A stretch of DNA of 55,732 nucleotides, the filler included, from Sluysia triapertura (Eukaryota), in NCBI GenBank assembly GCA_046118255.1. It is 4 parts of 4 records of this genome, joined end to end, with 100 filler letters (N's around TTAATTAATTAA, not from the genome) between each part and the next. Parts side by side here need not be neighbours in the genome. Positions count along the whole stretch, not along the records: positions 1 to 11,268 come from JBJNIA010186614.1; positions 11,369 to 23,501 come from JBJNIA010136062.1; 2 more parts are not named here. One strand, 5' to 3'. Numbering within the stretch: position 1 is the first letter of the stretch; each line of letters opens with the position of its first letter. The position numbers and the translations under genes were made by a program. The notes beneath the pieces were generated by a model. It was not told the DNA's origin, searched no databases, and saw only the letters and a program-made list of their open reading frames with translations. Shown piece by piece: positions 1-12,123 of this stretch.

Positions 1-47
<47 letters not shown>

Positions 48-48
48 T
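1..48. repeat. (TTA)n microsatellite
   Basis: Direct observation. Similar pure or degenerate ATT/AAT tracts occur at 2297-2485, 3490-3588, 3758-3808, 7317-7381, 45545-45705 and 52419-52503, several abutting gaps. Confidence 0.95.
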
Positions 49-244
49 AGACAATTATTTTAATAACTCCATTTTCCTTTTTTTACATTTTCTAATAATA
101 ATTATATATCAGCTTTTACTATCGATTTTTTGTATCATCATTTTCCTAAATACTTTTTTTTATTTTATTGCTTTTTTTATGGTTGCTTCAGTAAATTTTT
201 TAGAATTTAAATTGTTTCCAAATTGAATTTCCATTATTTTCCAT

Positions 245-515
245 TATTATTGAAGAATGACAACTGTGCTGTGCATGTGTAGTATAAATAGTATTGATTA
301 AATCACAATGAACATGGAAAGAAGTGTCTTCCGTGAGACAACATATTAATATTGATACAATGCTACCACTGTGTGTAACTGCAAGAAATGTGTTTCTTTG
401 TAGAATTTATTTGGAAAAGTTTTTATTTCAATTTTAAATTAACATATGCAGCATTTAATGTACGAAAATTCTCCAGATTTAAATTTTAAAGACAAAAGCA
501 GGACCGGGTAAAGGT
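245..515 (+). mobile_element. possible piggyBac 3' remnant (Cys-rich C-terminal domain)
   Basis: Broken frames give LCCAC, RETTY and LPLCVTARN, in the order of the piggyBac C-terminal cysteine-rich domain. No intact TTAA/TIR. Confidence 0.35.
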
Positions 516-894
516 AGTGAGAGGATAGATTTGAAATTTCATTGAAAAACACTTTTTTCATTATTTATATTTATAATACAATATTAACAAAACCGATATA
601 ATTTACATAAGAAACAATAAGTAAAATATAACAAGAATATGGAAATATCCGTACTAAACTATTTCCGTTTATCTCTGGTTTAATTTTTGATATTGCGTGG
701 GTGCATAAATTCGGGCGGTTTTATTTGTAGCAACGAAAACACACCAACTTCTTTTAACTACTTAAATCATTTTAGACTAACTTTCACTTTCATTCCCGGC
801 ATCTAATCCTTTTCTGTTTTAATCAACATTTAAAAGCTGCACCAGCCACCAGAACGATTTGTTGCGTTTATGGAGAAAAGGCAGTCAGTGAACT

Positions 895-1103
895 TACAGC
901 TCCAAAAATCACCAAGCTTCTTCAAACTGCCAGAAAGGTGGAAGGAAGTGAAATCGATTGTGGCGAATAATATCTCACCGACTGAGACTGAGATATTTGA
1001 TTATTCTAATGATTTAATAAATTCATTTTGTTATCTGGAATTTTTTGCATGGTTTTTATTCTTGATCAGTATGCATTTTTAATAATTGTGAAAAACCGCA
1101 TAA
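895..1103 (+). mobile_element. mariner 3' end fragment
   Basis: QKSPSFF..KLPERW (mariner C-terminus) followed by a 3' region ending AAAAAACCGCA. 938-1100 is closely repeated at 4227-4388. Confidence 0.7.
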
Positions 1104-4014
1104 GCCAATATATGTGATATTTGTTGTACTTGCACATGTATGAAACCTATTGTAATTGTTAGGGTGTCATTACAATTCATTTAAATACATTAAAATTATT
1201 TAAAAATCAATTAAAATGCTTTATAATTCTCTAAAATCACTTTAAAAATTATTATTTTCCAAAAAAGAAAATTTCTAAAAAAGAAAATTAGCTTCTAAAA
1301 TTGGAAAAGAAGCTTCTAGAATGTTCTGGAACATTCTATGGATTTTCATTGAATGATGAATAATATGTAAAATAGCATCAGTTTAATGAAAATCGCCATT
1401 TTAATTGTCTCCATCTTGGATTTAATATTATTTTAAAGATTCAGCTTTACGAATTCTGTACCAGTTCGATAAATGCTTCTTCCATAAATGCTTATTTATC
1501 ATTTCCTTATTATATTTTACAGAAAGTTCTATTCCTTTTTCTATTATACTCTTCAGAATAGCATCACGCCTTTCATTTCTCTTATTAAATATCTTTTCTG
1601 CTCGCAGCAGATAATTCTGTTTTTTACATCATCGGATAACTGATGGTCCTCTTCATCATCCACGTACAAGTTATTTACTCGTGTTTAAATCCGCTTTTCG
1701 TGTCGCAACAGTAGAATTATTTGCTTAAACATATTTATTATAAAGTAACAATGTAATAATTAATTAATTATTTACAGATTAATTAGAAAAGAGTTTTTTG
1801 CAATTTATAAACTTCAATTTAAGATACTCCATGCATTTCGGACCCGGCATCTTCGTACCACTATTTGAGACGATGTCATCGCACTTATTTAATCAATTTA
1901 TTTAAAGTTTGGTTTTGGCCCAGAAACAATAAAAAATTAAAATTTAATTAAAAAAATTAATTAAAAATTAATTATAATATAAAAATAATAATAAATATAT
2001 ATAATGATTGACAAAGTTATTAATTAATTAACATTTCGACAAAGAATTATTATATTATTAATAATAATAATAAAATGATTTTTACTTTTTCTAATAGAAT
2101 ATTTTTGCTTCAATAACGTTACAAAAAAAGAACTTAACACNNNNNNNNNNNNNNNNNNNNNNNNNNNNNNNNNNNNNNNNNNNNNNNNNNNNNNNNNNNN
2201 NNNNNNNNNNNNNNNNNNNNNNNNNNNNNNNNNNNNNNNNNNNNNNNNNNNNNNNNNNNNNNNNNNNNNNNNNNNNNNNNNNNNNNNNNNNNNNNNTCAT
2301 TTATTATCATTATTACTATTATCATTATTATTATTATCATTATTATTACTATTATTATCACTATTATTATTATCAGCATTATTATCATTATTATTTTTAT
2401 AATTATTATTATCATTATTTTTACTATTAATATCATTATTATTACCATTGTTATTATCACTATTATTATTATCATTTATTATCATTGTAAGAAGTGTGTG
2501 TAGAATAAAATGTGAGTTCACCAACGTACTGGACTTATCAGCTAGGGCCAGCCATTGCATTTCGTAGATAAGAATAAAAGGGTTGCGCATTTAGTTGAGA
2601 AATAAAACTTCTTTAGTTGATACTACCTTTAAAAACTTCTAGTAATCCTGGACGTTTTGTAATTAAAAATATTTTAATTAATATTTTACGTAGATCCTAT
2701 AAAAAAGATCGTTAATAAATATTTTGCGTAGTCAGAATTAAAATCCAACTATAGAAAGCCTTTTTCGTAGTATAGATTTTATATTTGAAACTACATAATA
2801 AAAAAACTAGTAAACGTTATCGAAATTTTATTAAGTAAAAATAAAAGAACTTGTACAAATTATAAGTAAAAATGATAATATAAAAATATATAATTTGCGA
2901 TAGAATTAAAAGTATTTCTAATTTTAGTGATATTTTAGCAAAAGATTTTACGGAGATCTAAAGTTAATATTAATTAATTTGCCTGTATTTTTCGTAGAAA
3001 TCGCTAGGATATCGAACCTTATCACAAATAAACTAACGGTTGTATCAAGAGAAAACTGAAAATCTGGTCAAGAGCTACTATAGATTCGTTGTCGACTGAC
3101 GCAGTTTTTGATATTAATCTGTTAAATGAAATGTTAATTTGCTGAATGAAATTATAGATCTGTTGAAATTAAAATGTTAATCTGTTGTGTGAGATCGTAG
3201 TAAAATTTATTGACTATTTATATAAATTTTTTCCTTGACCTTGACCAGATTTAAAAATGCAATTTAAAAAACTAACATTTAATGTTTAGAATCAATATTT
3301 AAGCAAAATTAAAAATTAATAAAATATTTACAACAGTTTAAAAATAAATAAAACATACTTTAAAACTTTAAAAATCCAATTTAAAACAATTATAATAATT
3401 GAAAAATGATTTAGTTTATAATATACAAACAATTCAATAAAGTAATCAATAGTTTTGTATCATATATACAAAATAATCTAATACATAACATCATAATTAT
3501 AATTATAATAATAATAATTATTATTAATATCATTATTATTACTATTATTATTATTACTTTTATTAGTATTACTTTTACTATTTTTACTNNNNNNNNNNNN
3601 NNNNNNNNNNNNNNNNNNNNNNNNNNNNNNNNNNNNNNNNNNNNNNNNNNNNNNNNNNNNNNNNNNNNNNNNNNNNNNNNNNNNNNNNNNNNNNNNNNNN
3701 NNNNNNNNNNNNNNNNNNNNNNNNNNNNNNNNNNNNNNNNNNNNNNNNNNNNNNNNATTCTTATAATCATTATTATTATCACTATTATTATTATTATCAT
3801 TATTATATTTCTTATATAATCTTAAAGAAAACGTTTTTGCAGCAAATTTCTTCATCTATAGATTTAAATTTCAAGGTTAATTTTTAGATTATTTATTATG
3901 ATATTGTTAATATTATTAATCTAACACTTTCCAGTGTAAAGTTAGGTCAAAGATCAATGAAGGTGTTAATAAAATTTCCAAATAAATATGAAATAAATAA
4001 ATACACGAAAGATT

Positions 4015-4392
4015 GTTTAAAACAACTTGGAAAAATATGGTTTCCAGAACTAAATTTCCACGAGTCTGAATCGTGTCTTTATTATCGAAATTGAGTATTG
4101 AACATTTTTATACGGTGATGAAATATGAATCATGTCGAACCATCTTTCTGGTCTCACATTTGAAAAAGAAGAAGCAGTAACAACGTGGATTGAAGAATTT
4201 TTCGACCAAGCTTCTTCCATCACTACGGTGGAAGGAAGAATATCGATTGTGCGGAGAATCTCACCGATTGAGACTGAGATATTTGCTTTTTTTCTAATGA
4301 TTTAATAAATTCATTTTGTTATCTGGAATTTTTTACATGGTTTTTATTCGTGATCAGTATGCATTTTTCATAATTGTAAAAAACCGCACGAA
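4015..4392 (+). mobile_element. deleted mariner copy
   Basis: Remnants GKIWFPEL (WVPHEL-like), GDE and HLSGLTFEKEEAVTTWIEEFFDQ, plus the same 3' end as 938-1100. Confidence 0.7.
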
Positions 4393-4663
4393 GTGACTAT
4401 TCGAAATAGATTGGATGAAAAAAGATGGATCTGGTTATAATAATAATACAGTTCGAATTATCGAAAATGAATGAACAATATTGCCTGACATCTTTTGTTA
4501 CTAATAATGTTGCTTGTGCCAGGAAATGTTAGATATTCTGTGAGCATCCATCAGATTATCATCTATTTTACTCGATGAAATACTTCTTAGAATATATAGA
4601 AAATTGATTTCTTAAAATTAGCAGACGCCGAATATAATTAATGTGTAAAAAAACTTGATCACA

Positions 4664-5300
4664 TAGCGTTACCCCGATAATAAATCCTAGCGTCATGCTT
4701 CAGGATGATTTTAATTTAAGACCTACCCCTAAAATAAGCTCTGGGTGACAGCCGATTAGGATGGCTAATAAAAGTCAATGAATGGCTTGAGACGGTGTTC
4801 AATGCATTCTTTAGCATATGTTTCTGTATTTAAATTACAATACATTGTGAGATACTTTCATTGTCAAAGTATTCTGGTTCCCTTTCTGAGTCTGTGACCG
4901 ACTATAACAAGATTGTGATTCACTTTCAACAATCCTCCAAGTAAGACTTTATTAACTATTGTCGAATCATTTCTCCACGATTGCGACTTAAAATAATGAA
5001 ATTCAGTTAAATGAAAACTTCGCAGAAACTTAGGAATCCAATGTGCCTTGCAAGACATTCCAGAGAACGACGATATGGTCATTTTTGAAATATTTATAGT
5101 TATAAAACGTGCTATTCATTATTAATGTAGATAAGTTTATTCATGTTTTTCGTATATTTAGAAATTTCATATATAATTCTCTGCTTTATAACTTTATTCT
5201 CGATAGATGAAAATAGGATAACCCCCTAAAATAAGCCCTAGTGTGTCGTATTTTTGAGTGAAAATTAAGATAATCCCTGTTTTATTTTCCGGAAACACTG
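4664..5300. mobile_element. non-autonomous pogo/Tigger-like element
   Basis: Repeated subterminal CCCCTAAAATAAGC (4726, 5223) and degenerate inverted ends (TAGCGTTACCCCGATAATAAA / TTTATTTTCCGGAAACACTG-TA). Confidence 0.5.
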
Positions 5301-6333
5301 TAATTATTTATATTAATTATATAAAATAGACGGAATGAGATTGAAAAAGTTATTTATCACAATAGCAAAAACAACGTTAGACAGAATCTTGACAGTTTAT
5401 TATCTATCGCTTAAAATAGCAAGTGAAAATCGATAATTATTTATAATTGGTTTGAAATTTTAAGTTTGACAATTATGTTGGATAGTCGACTTCACTGAGA
5501 ACTTGCCTAGTAGAAACATGATATTTAATGAAATTACTTTTTTAATTAGTCAGCTCTCTCATTTAATTAATGTTTAATGTAATATTTGTATTTGTGAAGA
5601 CTCATTTGATTTAATTAAGTGTTTTTACATTGATTTTCTGAATATAAAATCAATAAAGTGAAATATTTATAATATTTTTGATAATTCAAGTAATAGTAAT
5701 ATATTAACTCATTCGCAGACAATCCTAAATTGTATGAAGTTATTCGCTTTGCCATTTCTGTTTTGAGCGTTATTGTTTATCTAAGATTTATTGTTTCAAG
5801 ATAAATACACATATTTTATCTAATAATTATTTACATGTATAAACATCAAACATTGCAATGGGATGCAACAGAACTCGATATATCCTTTTTCTTATTTGCA
5901 CTCGTTTAAGCAAAAAACAAATCACACAAATATAGATGAAAATATAAAATTTTCTGTAAATTTGGAAAGGATGATTATTCACACAGTGCCGACGATTATT
6001 TGGATTCTTTTTCGTGTCAGAGATAACGGATCATGTAATATTGAACAATTTGTAGAGTAAGAAGTAATAAAACACGGTTTAGTCGAGTAGAAATTATTGA
6101 ATTTCTATTTTATTTCCATTGAATCCTCTACAGGTCATATTTAATTCCAACGAAAGCACAAAATTTTCACAATTAAACGCCTGACTCAAAAAAACATACT
6201 CAAATCGAATTTAAATTATTTATTTATTAATTTAATTACGTTATATTTACATATTTATGTGTAATATTTATATAATATAATATATAATACATAACATAAA
6301 AATTGCAATGTAAAAATTATAATGCAACATTTA

Positions 6334-6393
6334 TTCTTAGTACCGTTCTTAGTACCGTTCTTAGTACCGTTCTTAGTACCGTTCTTAGTACCG
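6334..6393. repeat. perfect 12-bp tandem repeat (TTCTTAGTACCG)x5
   Basis: Read directly from the sequence. Followed by (ATT)n at 6432-6476. Confidence 0.95.
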
Positions 6394-6431
6394 TTTAGTA
6401 AATTTAGGGTCGTTTTGAAACGATTGGACCG

Positions 6432-6476
<45 letters not shown>

Positions 6477-7247
6477 GTGTATGTACTGTAGTGGCCAACC
6501 CATTAATGCTAACGAATTTTATTTAAAATTTTATCCTAAACAAGTCATAACTACATAAACTTTCGAAACATAAAATATACACTTTAAAAAATGAATTTAA
6601 AACATTTTTTTATATACAATCCTAATTCAATATAACTAAAATCATATCCTTTTCAACACCACACAACAACTTCGCAGAATCAGTCAAAACCGTTTCCATA
6701 TCTTATTCCTTTTCAGATCCACCAAAATCAACTCTCATTCTTCAAAACATTTTAAACCACAAGAACATTCAAAACAATTAATCTACATTAAAAAATTCAT
6801 CCAAAATATTTTATTCTTCATCTCTTAACAATTCAATTTCAACCACATTCGAAATTAACTAACAGACACCTTCAAATCAATTCATACATTCTAAAGTCAT
6901 GACCTGTTATCATTCAGTCCCTAACGTCTCAGAAAGATAATATTACTTAAAAAACATCAAGAAAATAAATCACATTCTCAATATTGTACAATCACCTTTT
7001 GAACACACCCAAAGCTAGACTATAACTTATCTACTTTTCATAAACTAAACTACCCTCTTTCAACATATTTGTAACTCACAATCTACTAACATCTAAACGT
7101 TATTCCATGCAGAATATCAATGTATATTTGTAGTCTACGTAAAACATTTGTATTATTTCAAAGTATCTAAGTCCTAACCTTTTAACACTATAGGATTTAA
7201 CTCTCAGAAATTTAAAGATATTCAACTCCTCTAAATAAACCTAAATA

Positions 7248-7314
7248 TGTTGAGAATAAATAAAAGAGTACAAGAAAGTTTATGTTGGAAATAATACAAA
7301 GAATTTATGCAGTT

Positions 7315-7385
<71 letters not shown>

Positions 7386-7790
7386 GTGTGGTTATTATCA
7401 TCGTCATTATTATTTCTTATTATTTTTAAATTTTAAATATGTTAAGAAATTAAAGATATAAGAGTACAAGAAAGATCGTGTTATAATTCAGATAAAATAA
7501 AAGAATTTATGTGTTTTAGGATAGTATTAATATTAATAACATTCCTGTTATTATAATTATCACCATTTTTAATTTTTATCATTTTTATTTCAAATTAATT
7601 TCATTGTCAAACTTATTAATTCAATAACTACCACTGAAAATTACATTTTCAATCATTGTCACCACTGATAGCGGTTTCTTTCTCAAGCAATTTGTATGAC
7701 GTTACTACTGGCTGTCCAACCAAAGTGAATCTCTGCATTATTTTATATATCTCTGGTTGGACAACCAATCAAAACAAACTTCAGAATAAA
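7248..7790 (+). promoter_or_regulatory. shared upstream module A (duplicated head motif, AAT tract, CCAAT/inverted-repeat block)
   Basis: AAGAAAGTTTATGT..AAAGAATTTATG occurs twice. TAACTACCACT, ACTGATAGCGGTT and GTTACTACTG are shared with 23936-24004. Inverted repeat 7713-7722/7754-7763, then CCAATCA. Confidence 0.55.
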
Positions 7791-7927
7791 ATGCTCATAA
7801 CACAAAAATTTATTTGAGAATTAATAATAAATTTATTGGTACCAAATTATTGGTTAACTAAAAAAGAAACTTTTATCAATATTTTAGTAATTTGAAAATT
7901 TATATCAGCTTTTGTATTGTGATAATT

Positions 7928-8350
7928 ATGGCTTCTAAGACATCAACGTTAAAATTCATTTTATTAGGTGATAATGGAGTTGGCGAAACATCAATTATGA
8001 ATCGTTACGTAAATAACAATTTTAATTATCAATATAAAGCCACCATTCGTGTTTATTTTTTTCTAAAACTATTGAACCTAATGATCGAGTTATAGTTCTC
8101 CAAATTTGGAACACAACAGGCCTAGATCGGTTTCACTCCCTTGGTGTTACATCTTATCTGAGTGCCAATGGTTGCATTCTAACTTACGTTGTTTCAAGTG
8201 AAGGTACATTTAACAATTTGGCACATTGGTACGTTGAGTTCACAAGCATTGTCAGAAAATAAAGTAAAGAAGTGTTGCAATGATCATAATGATGTGCATC
8301 ATTTTGAAGTTGGAGTTTGTGTTAAAGAAGCTTTTGAATACATTCTCATC
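7928..8350 (+). pseudogene. RAB7: Rab7-like GTPase, intronless, frameshifted and internally deleted
   Basis: MASKTSTLKFILLGDNGVGETSIMNRYVNNNFNYQYKATI, then after a frameshift in a T-run, KTIEPNDRVIVLQIWNTTGLDRFHSLGVTSYLSANGCILTY...WYVEF. This parallels Rab7 (GDSGVGKTSLMNQYVN..YKATIG; QIWDTAGQERFQSLGVAFY). P-loop K is replaced by E, DTAGQ is degenerate, and the NKxD region is missing. Confidence 0.85.
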
Positions 8351-8419
8351 ATTAAAATTAAAACGGGCATTATCTAAGTCAACCAAATAATTACATTTCA
8401 AATCATATATGATATTGCT

Positions 8420-9107
8420 TTCAGTAAATACTTGGCTCAAGTCAGATACGTTAAAGTTGGCCGACTTAGATTCAAATAATATTGTTGTCGATTTATTCGA
8501 AGTGCCTAATGTCAACGACTAATCAATGAAATATGTGGAACCTGTTATAACTAGTGTTGATGATGATGACGATTCTTCTCAAGATACACAAACACAATAT
8601 GCAGAACTAATTAACGTTAAGGCAGATATTTGAGATTATACCTCAAAATACTCAACATCAACATATGCAAATGAAAGTGAACAAAATATCAAAAATCTTA
8701 CTCGCAGTTTATATCATACTGAATTCAAAGACGACTTGCAATCAAAGAAACCCACAAATACTATGAACGTACCAAATTCTAATGAAGTTATCAAAAAGGC
8801 AATCTGCCAATTCGACTTTGATCAAGATGGAGTTTGTGTTAAGTATGGTATAAGTTGTATATACGCCCACAGGGCGAACCAACTAACAATTACCAATACT
8901 GAATTTCTACAATACCTCGATTATTTCTCCAGAATTGCAAACATCTTAAGAAGTCCCGGAGTATCAAATAAAAAGGGGATCAATAACAATTCATGTATTA
9001 ATGAACTCAAAGTAATTGATTCTTATACTGTTAAAAATGATATTATAATCTTTTATTTTTATTCAGATAGCGAAATGTGGAAATCCAACAATATAAAATT
9101 ATTTTAA
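8420..9107 (+). pseudogene. degenerate ORF ending in a CCCH-type zinc finger, continuing downstream of the Rab7-like segment
   Basis: A single reading frame runs from ~8420 to 9107 with two internal stops. It includes KKAICQFDFDQDGVCVKYGISCIYAH (C-x9-C-x6-C-x3-H, 8805-8870). Confidence 0.6.
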
Positions 9108-9344
9108 ATAAAGTTCTATGTAGTTTTCAAATGTTATTTATTATTTATGAATTTAAAACTCGTTTTATAAATTTAAAAAATAAATCTACAATAAAGCTAA
9201 CAAGTCTCTGCAATAATAAAATTCATAAACCACAACATATATAATTATAATTAAATTAATAACCTTTATTAAATTTATTAAATTATAATGTCTTTTTAAT
9301 TATTAAATAATATACAAAATGATATAACATATGATAAAAAATAT

Positions 9345-9559
9345 TCAAATGTGATTGTTTGTTGGCTCCAGATATTCGTCGTCTTCCTTCATTTCATCAA
9401 TTTTATTACAACACTCTGTCTGAATCGTACACAGTTCATTACCGTCCAACGAATCATACAATGTGGAATTGTCATAAATTTTATTTTGATTTGAATTCGT
9501 TGATAAATTGTTTGCTAACGTCAACGGAATATTACGATAAATTACAATGGGCAATTTTG
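9345..9559 (-). CDS. orphan terminal-exon-like segment rich in tyrosine motifs
   Basis: After a TTATTTAG acceptor the minus strand reads SKLPIVIYRNI...KIYDNSTLYDSL...EDDEYLEPTNNHI*. The upstream region is occupied by a LINE insertion. Confidence 0.35.
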
Positions 9560-9639
9560 AACTAAATAAATACAAATCATATATTACATTTTTAATAAAT
9601 AAATAATTAAAATTGAAAAATAATAAAAATAACAAAAAT

Positions 9640-10560
9640 TAAATAAATAAATAATAATGTATATACTACTCAAAAGCGCTTAAAATAAATCATTCACCAT
9701 AATATTTCTGAAACAGAAAGAACTTTGCTTTTCTTAAATATTTCATAATCTTCCACTAATTTGACATTCTCTGGTAACTGGTTGTATTTTTTGAAACATA
9801 AACGGCACATAACCTAGATTGTTATCACTGCGGATTCTGTTTAGATTATTATTATGTCTCAATGAAATAAACATCTTGGTTTCAAATTTTCGTATTATTT
9901 CTGAAAGATATCCCGGACTTCTGTAATGTAAGCATTTGTAAATTAATGCCATGAATTTGAATTCAATTCGTGCTTTTATTGGCAACCAATGCAATTCCTT
10001 ATGATAAGGTGTTATACTATATTTACTTCCCAGTTGGAGAATTTGTCTTGTTGCTTGAATAATTATTAATTGTAATTTTTTCACTTCTATATGAAACTGA
10101 GTACAACAAACCATTATCAATGAATGATCAATAAGTTTAGCTGTTTCTCTATTACTAAATTTTCCAATATGTGATATTTTATTTAATTGATATTTATACT
10201 TTTAACAATACAATTAATATTTTCTTCCATGTTCATTTTTGAATCCACATAACAACCTATATTTCGTACTTTTTGCTTCTCATCTAGTATGTCTTACCAC
10301 CTACAATTAACATTTGTTTCATTTAGTTTGGTATTGTCGCTATTTTTCTTACTGAAGATTATAAATTCTGACTTTTCTTCATTGATTTTCAAGTATTCAT
10401 TTCCAAACCATTTTCTCAATTCATATACTAGTTCTTCTGTTCTTTAACAGCATTTTCTATATTGTTCATTTCAAATTCAGTACATATTTGTTCGTTATCA
10501 GCATATATATGGTATTTAAAACCACATGTTTCGATGAATTTTAACTTTAATTCTTTAATG
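9640..10560 (-). mobile_element. 5'-truncated, decayed L2/CR1-group LINE (RT C-terminal part)
   Basis: The minus strand encodes YHIYADN (YADD-like, ~10495-10515), LKINEEKSEF and ITPYHKELHWLPIKARIEFK...IYKCLH, the typical L2/CR1 ORF2 tail. Confidence 0.85.
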
Positions 10561-11387
10561 TGTAACATTCAACAAAATTTTGCAAAATAACTTCGAAACA
10601 ATTATTCGACATACTTTGCTAAATGCATCAACTTGTTGCAATTTGGGGAAATAGGTTGTTTCTTTAAAAAATTGATGGTCAATAAATTATTGCTACATGC
10701 ATAATATTGTTGGATCTTAGATCGACTTTTGATCATTTCGAAATTTGGGCATTACATTTGATGGCGTTACATTTGATTTTATATCCTATACTATTTGATT
10801 GTTTTATTATTATATTTTAAATATTTTATTGTGTATTTTATATTATTATTCGAATTCTATAAATATTATTTAAATATTATTATTATTATTATAAAATAAT
10901 CAAGAATTATTAAATAAATAATTATAAAATAAAATAGTAAAATTTTTAAAAAGAATTTAAATTTGTTTAAATAAATCAATATTAATAATGCACGCCAAAA
11001 TGGCGAAACTCACTATATAAATGGTAAAACTTGTATAATTAATATACAATTAATTCACAATTATTTAGTTAGCACTTTCACAGATACGCATATGTCTTAA
11101 AGAAGTAATTTTTTATTTATAAGTTTTTATTAAGGTTCTAATTTTAATAAAATAGAACCCCTTTAAAATCACACTTAAACTATACTTATTTTTCCTAGAT
11201 CGTAACTGGCTAGGTTAAATTTTAACCAAAATTTCGTATTTACAAGATTTCTAAGCCTTAAGCTTAAGNNNNNNNNNNNNNNNNNNNNNNNNNNNNNNNN
11301 NNNNNNNNNNNNTTAATTAATTAANNNNNNNNNNNNNNNNNNNNNNNNNNNNNNNNNNNNNNNNNNNNTTTCTCTTTCATTATTCTT

Positions 11388-11500
11388 ATTTCAACGAAGT
11401 TTATAATACTTCATCTGTTACTTCTCATCAATTCTTTCTTCATTTTTAATTCTATATATTCTTTACTCGTCTCTTAATCTAAAGTTGGGCAATCCCAACA
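11388..11500 (+). mobile_element. right end of TGTTGGGATT-family element
   Basis: Ends GGGCAATCCCAACA and is a diverged direct repeat of 11973-12105. The left part is lost in a gap. Confidence 0.65.
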
Positions 11501-11879
11501 CTCGTAATAAAAGAAGCTAGCAGAAATTCGGCATTTTCGGCGCAAATTGAGGATAGATTGTCGAATTGTTGTCTATCATGTCAGAAGTCGTGAAGGCTTA
11601 TTGGGTTTACCGCCATTCAGCATCAGAAATATTCTCGACTTTATTTAATCTATCATTGGCGACGCGAATAATTTCATGTAAGGCAAGGGTAAGAATAAGA
11701 TTTGTTCGACTGTTAAATAGGCAGAATGCGCAAATTATATTCTGGCACATATAACCATCGTAAAAAGAAATCAGGCTTAACCGTAGTGATTTTTGCGTGC
11801 ATAAAAGAAGGAATTGTTTAAAGGGAAGTTTTTCAATCCTAGGAAGCTCTTGAATAGATGGTTTATTTTTTCGTACCTT

Positions 11880-12105
11880 AATACTTCTAAAACTTTTCAA
11901 GTCCATCTCAAGCTTTTATAAGGTCTCCAACCCTTATATAGATCTTTGGAATCTTAAGATAATTATAAATGTTTTCTTTTTCATGATTCTTATTTCAACA
12001 ATGTTTATAATGTTTAATCCATCACTTCGTATCAGTTCTTCCTTGATTTTATAGTTCTATATGTTTCTTACTCATCTACTGTTCTACAGTAGGGCAATCC
12101 CAACA
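11880..12105 (+). mobile_element. right end of TGTTGGGATT-family element
   Basis: Ends GGGCAATCCCAACA. The subterminal TCCAACCCTTA..TCTTTGGAA..ATTATAAAT is shared with 27676-27770. Confidence 0.65.
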
Positions 12106-12123
12106 TTTTATCATTATTATTAT

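Noticed and set aside
2091-3855. Poly-I/poly-N ORFs and ORFs spanning Ns (also 6255-6558, 45505-45735, 48427-48642, 52177-52515)
   Set aside because: Translations of ATT/AAT microsatellites and gaps.
6334-6393. CRISPR array or telomeric repeat
   Set aside because: No spacers, eukaryotic context, and only a single TTAGGG nearby.
9222-9237. CATAAACCACAACA as the right end of module A (resembles the reverse complement of TGTTGGGATTTATG)
   Set aside because: The flanks AATA and TATA do not give an exact 4-bp TSD. Suggestive only.
11313-11324. TTAATTAATTAA embedded in N runs (also 23546-23557 and 43174-43185)
   Set aside because: Identical palindromic all-frame-stop spacer centred in gaps. It is a scaffolding linker, not biology, and means adjacency across these gaps is uncertain.
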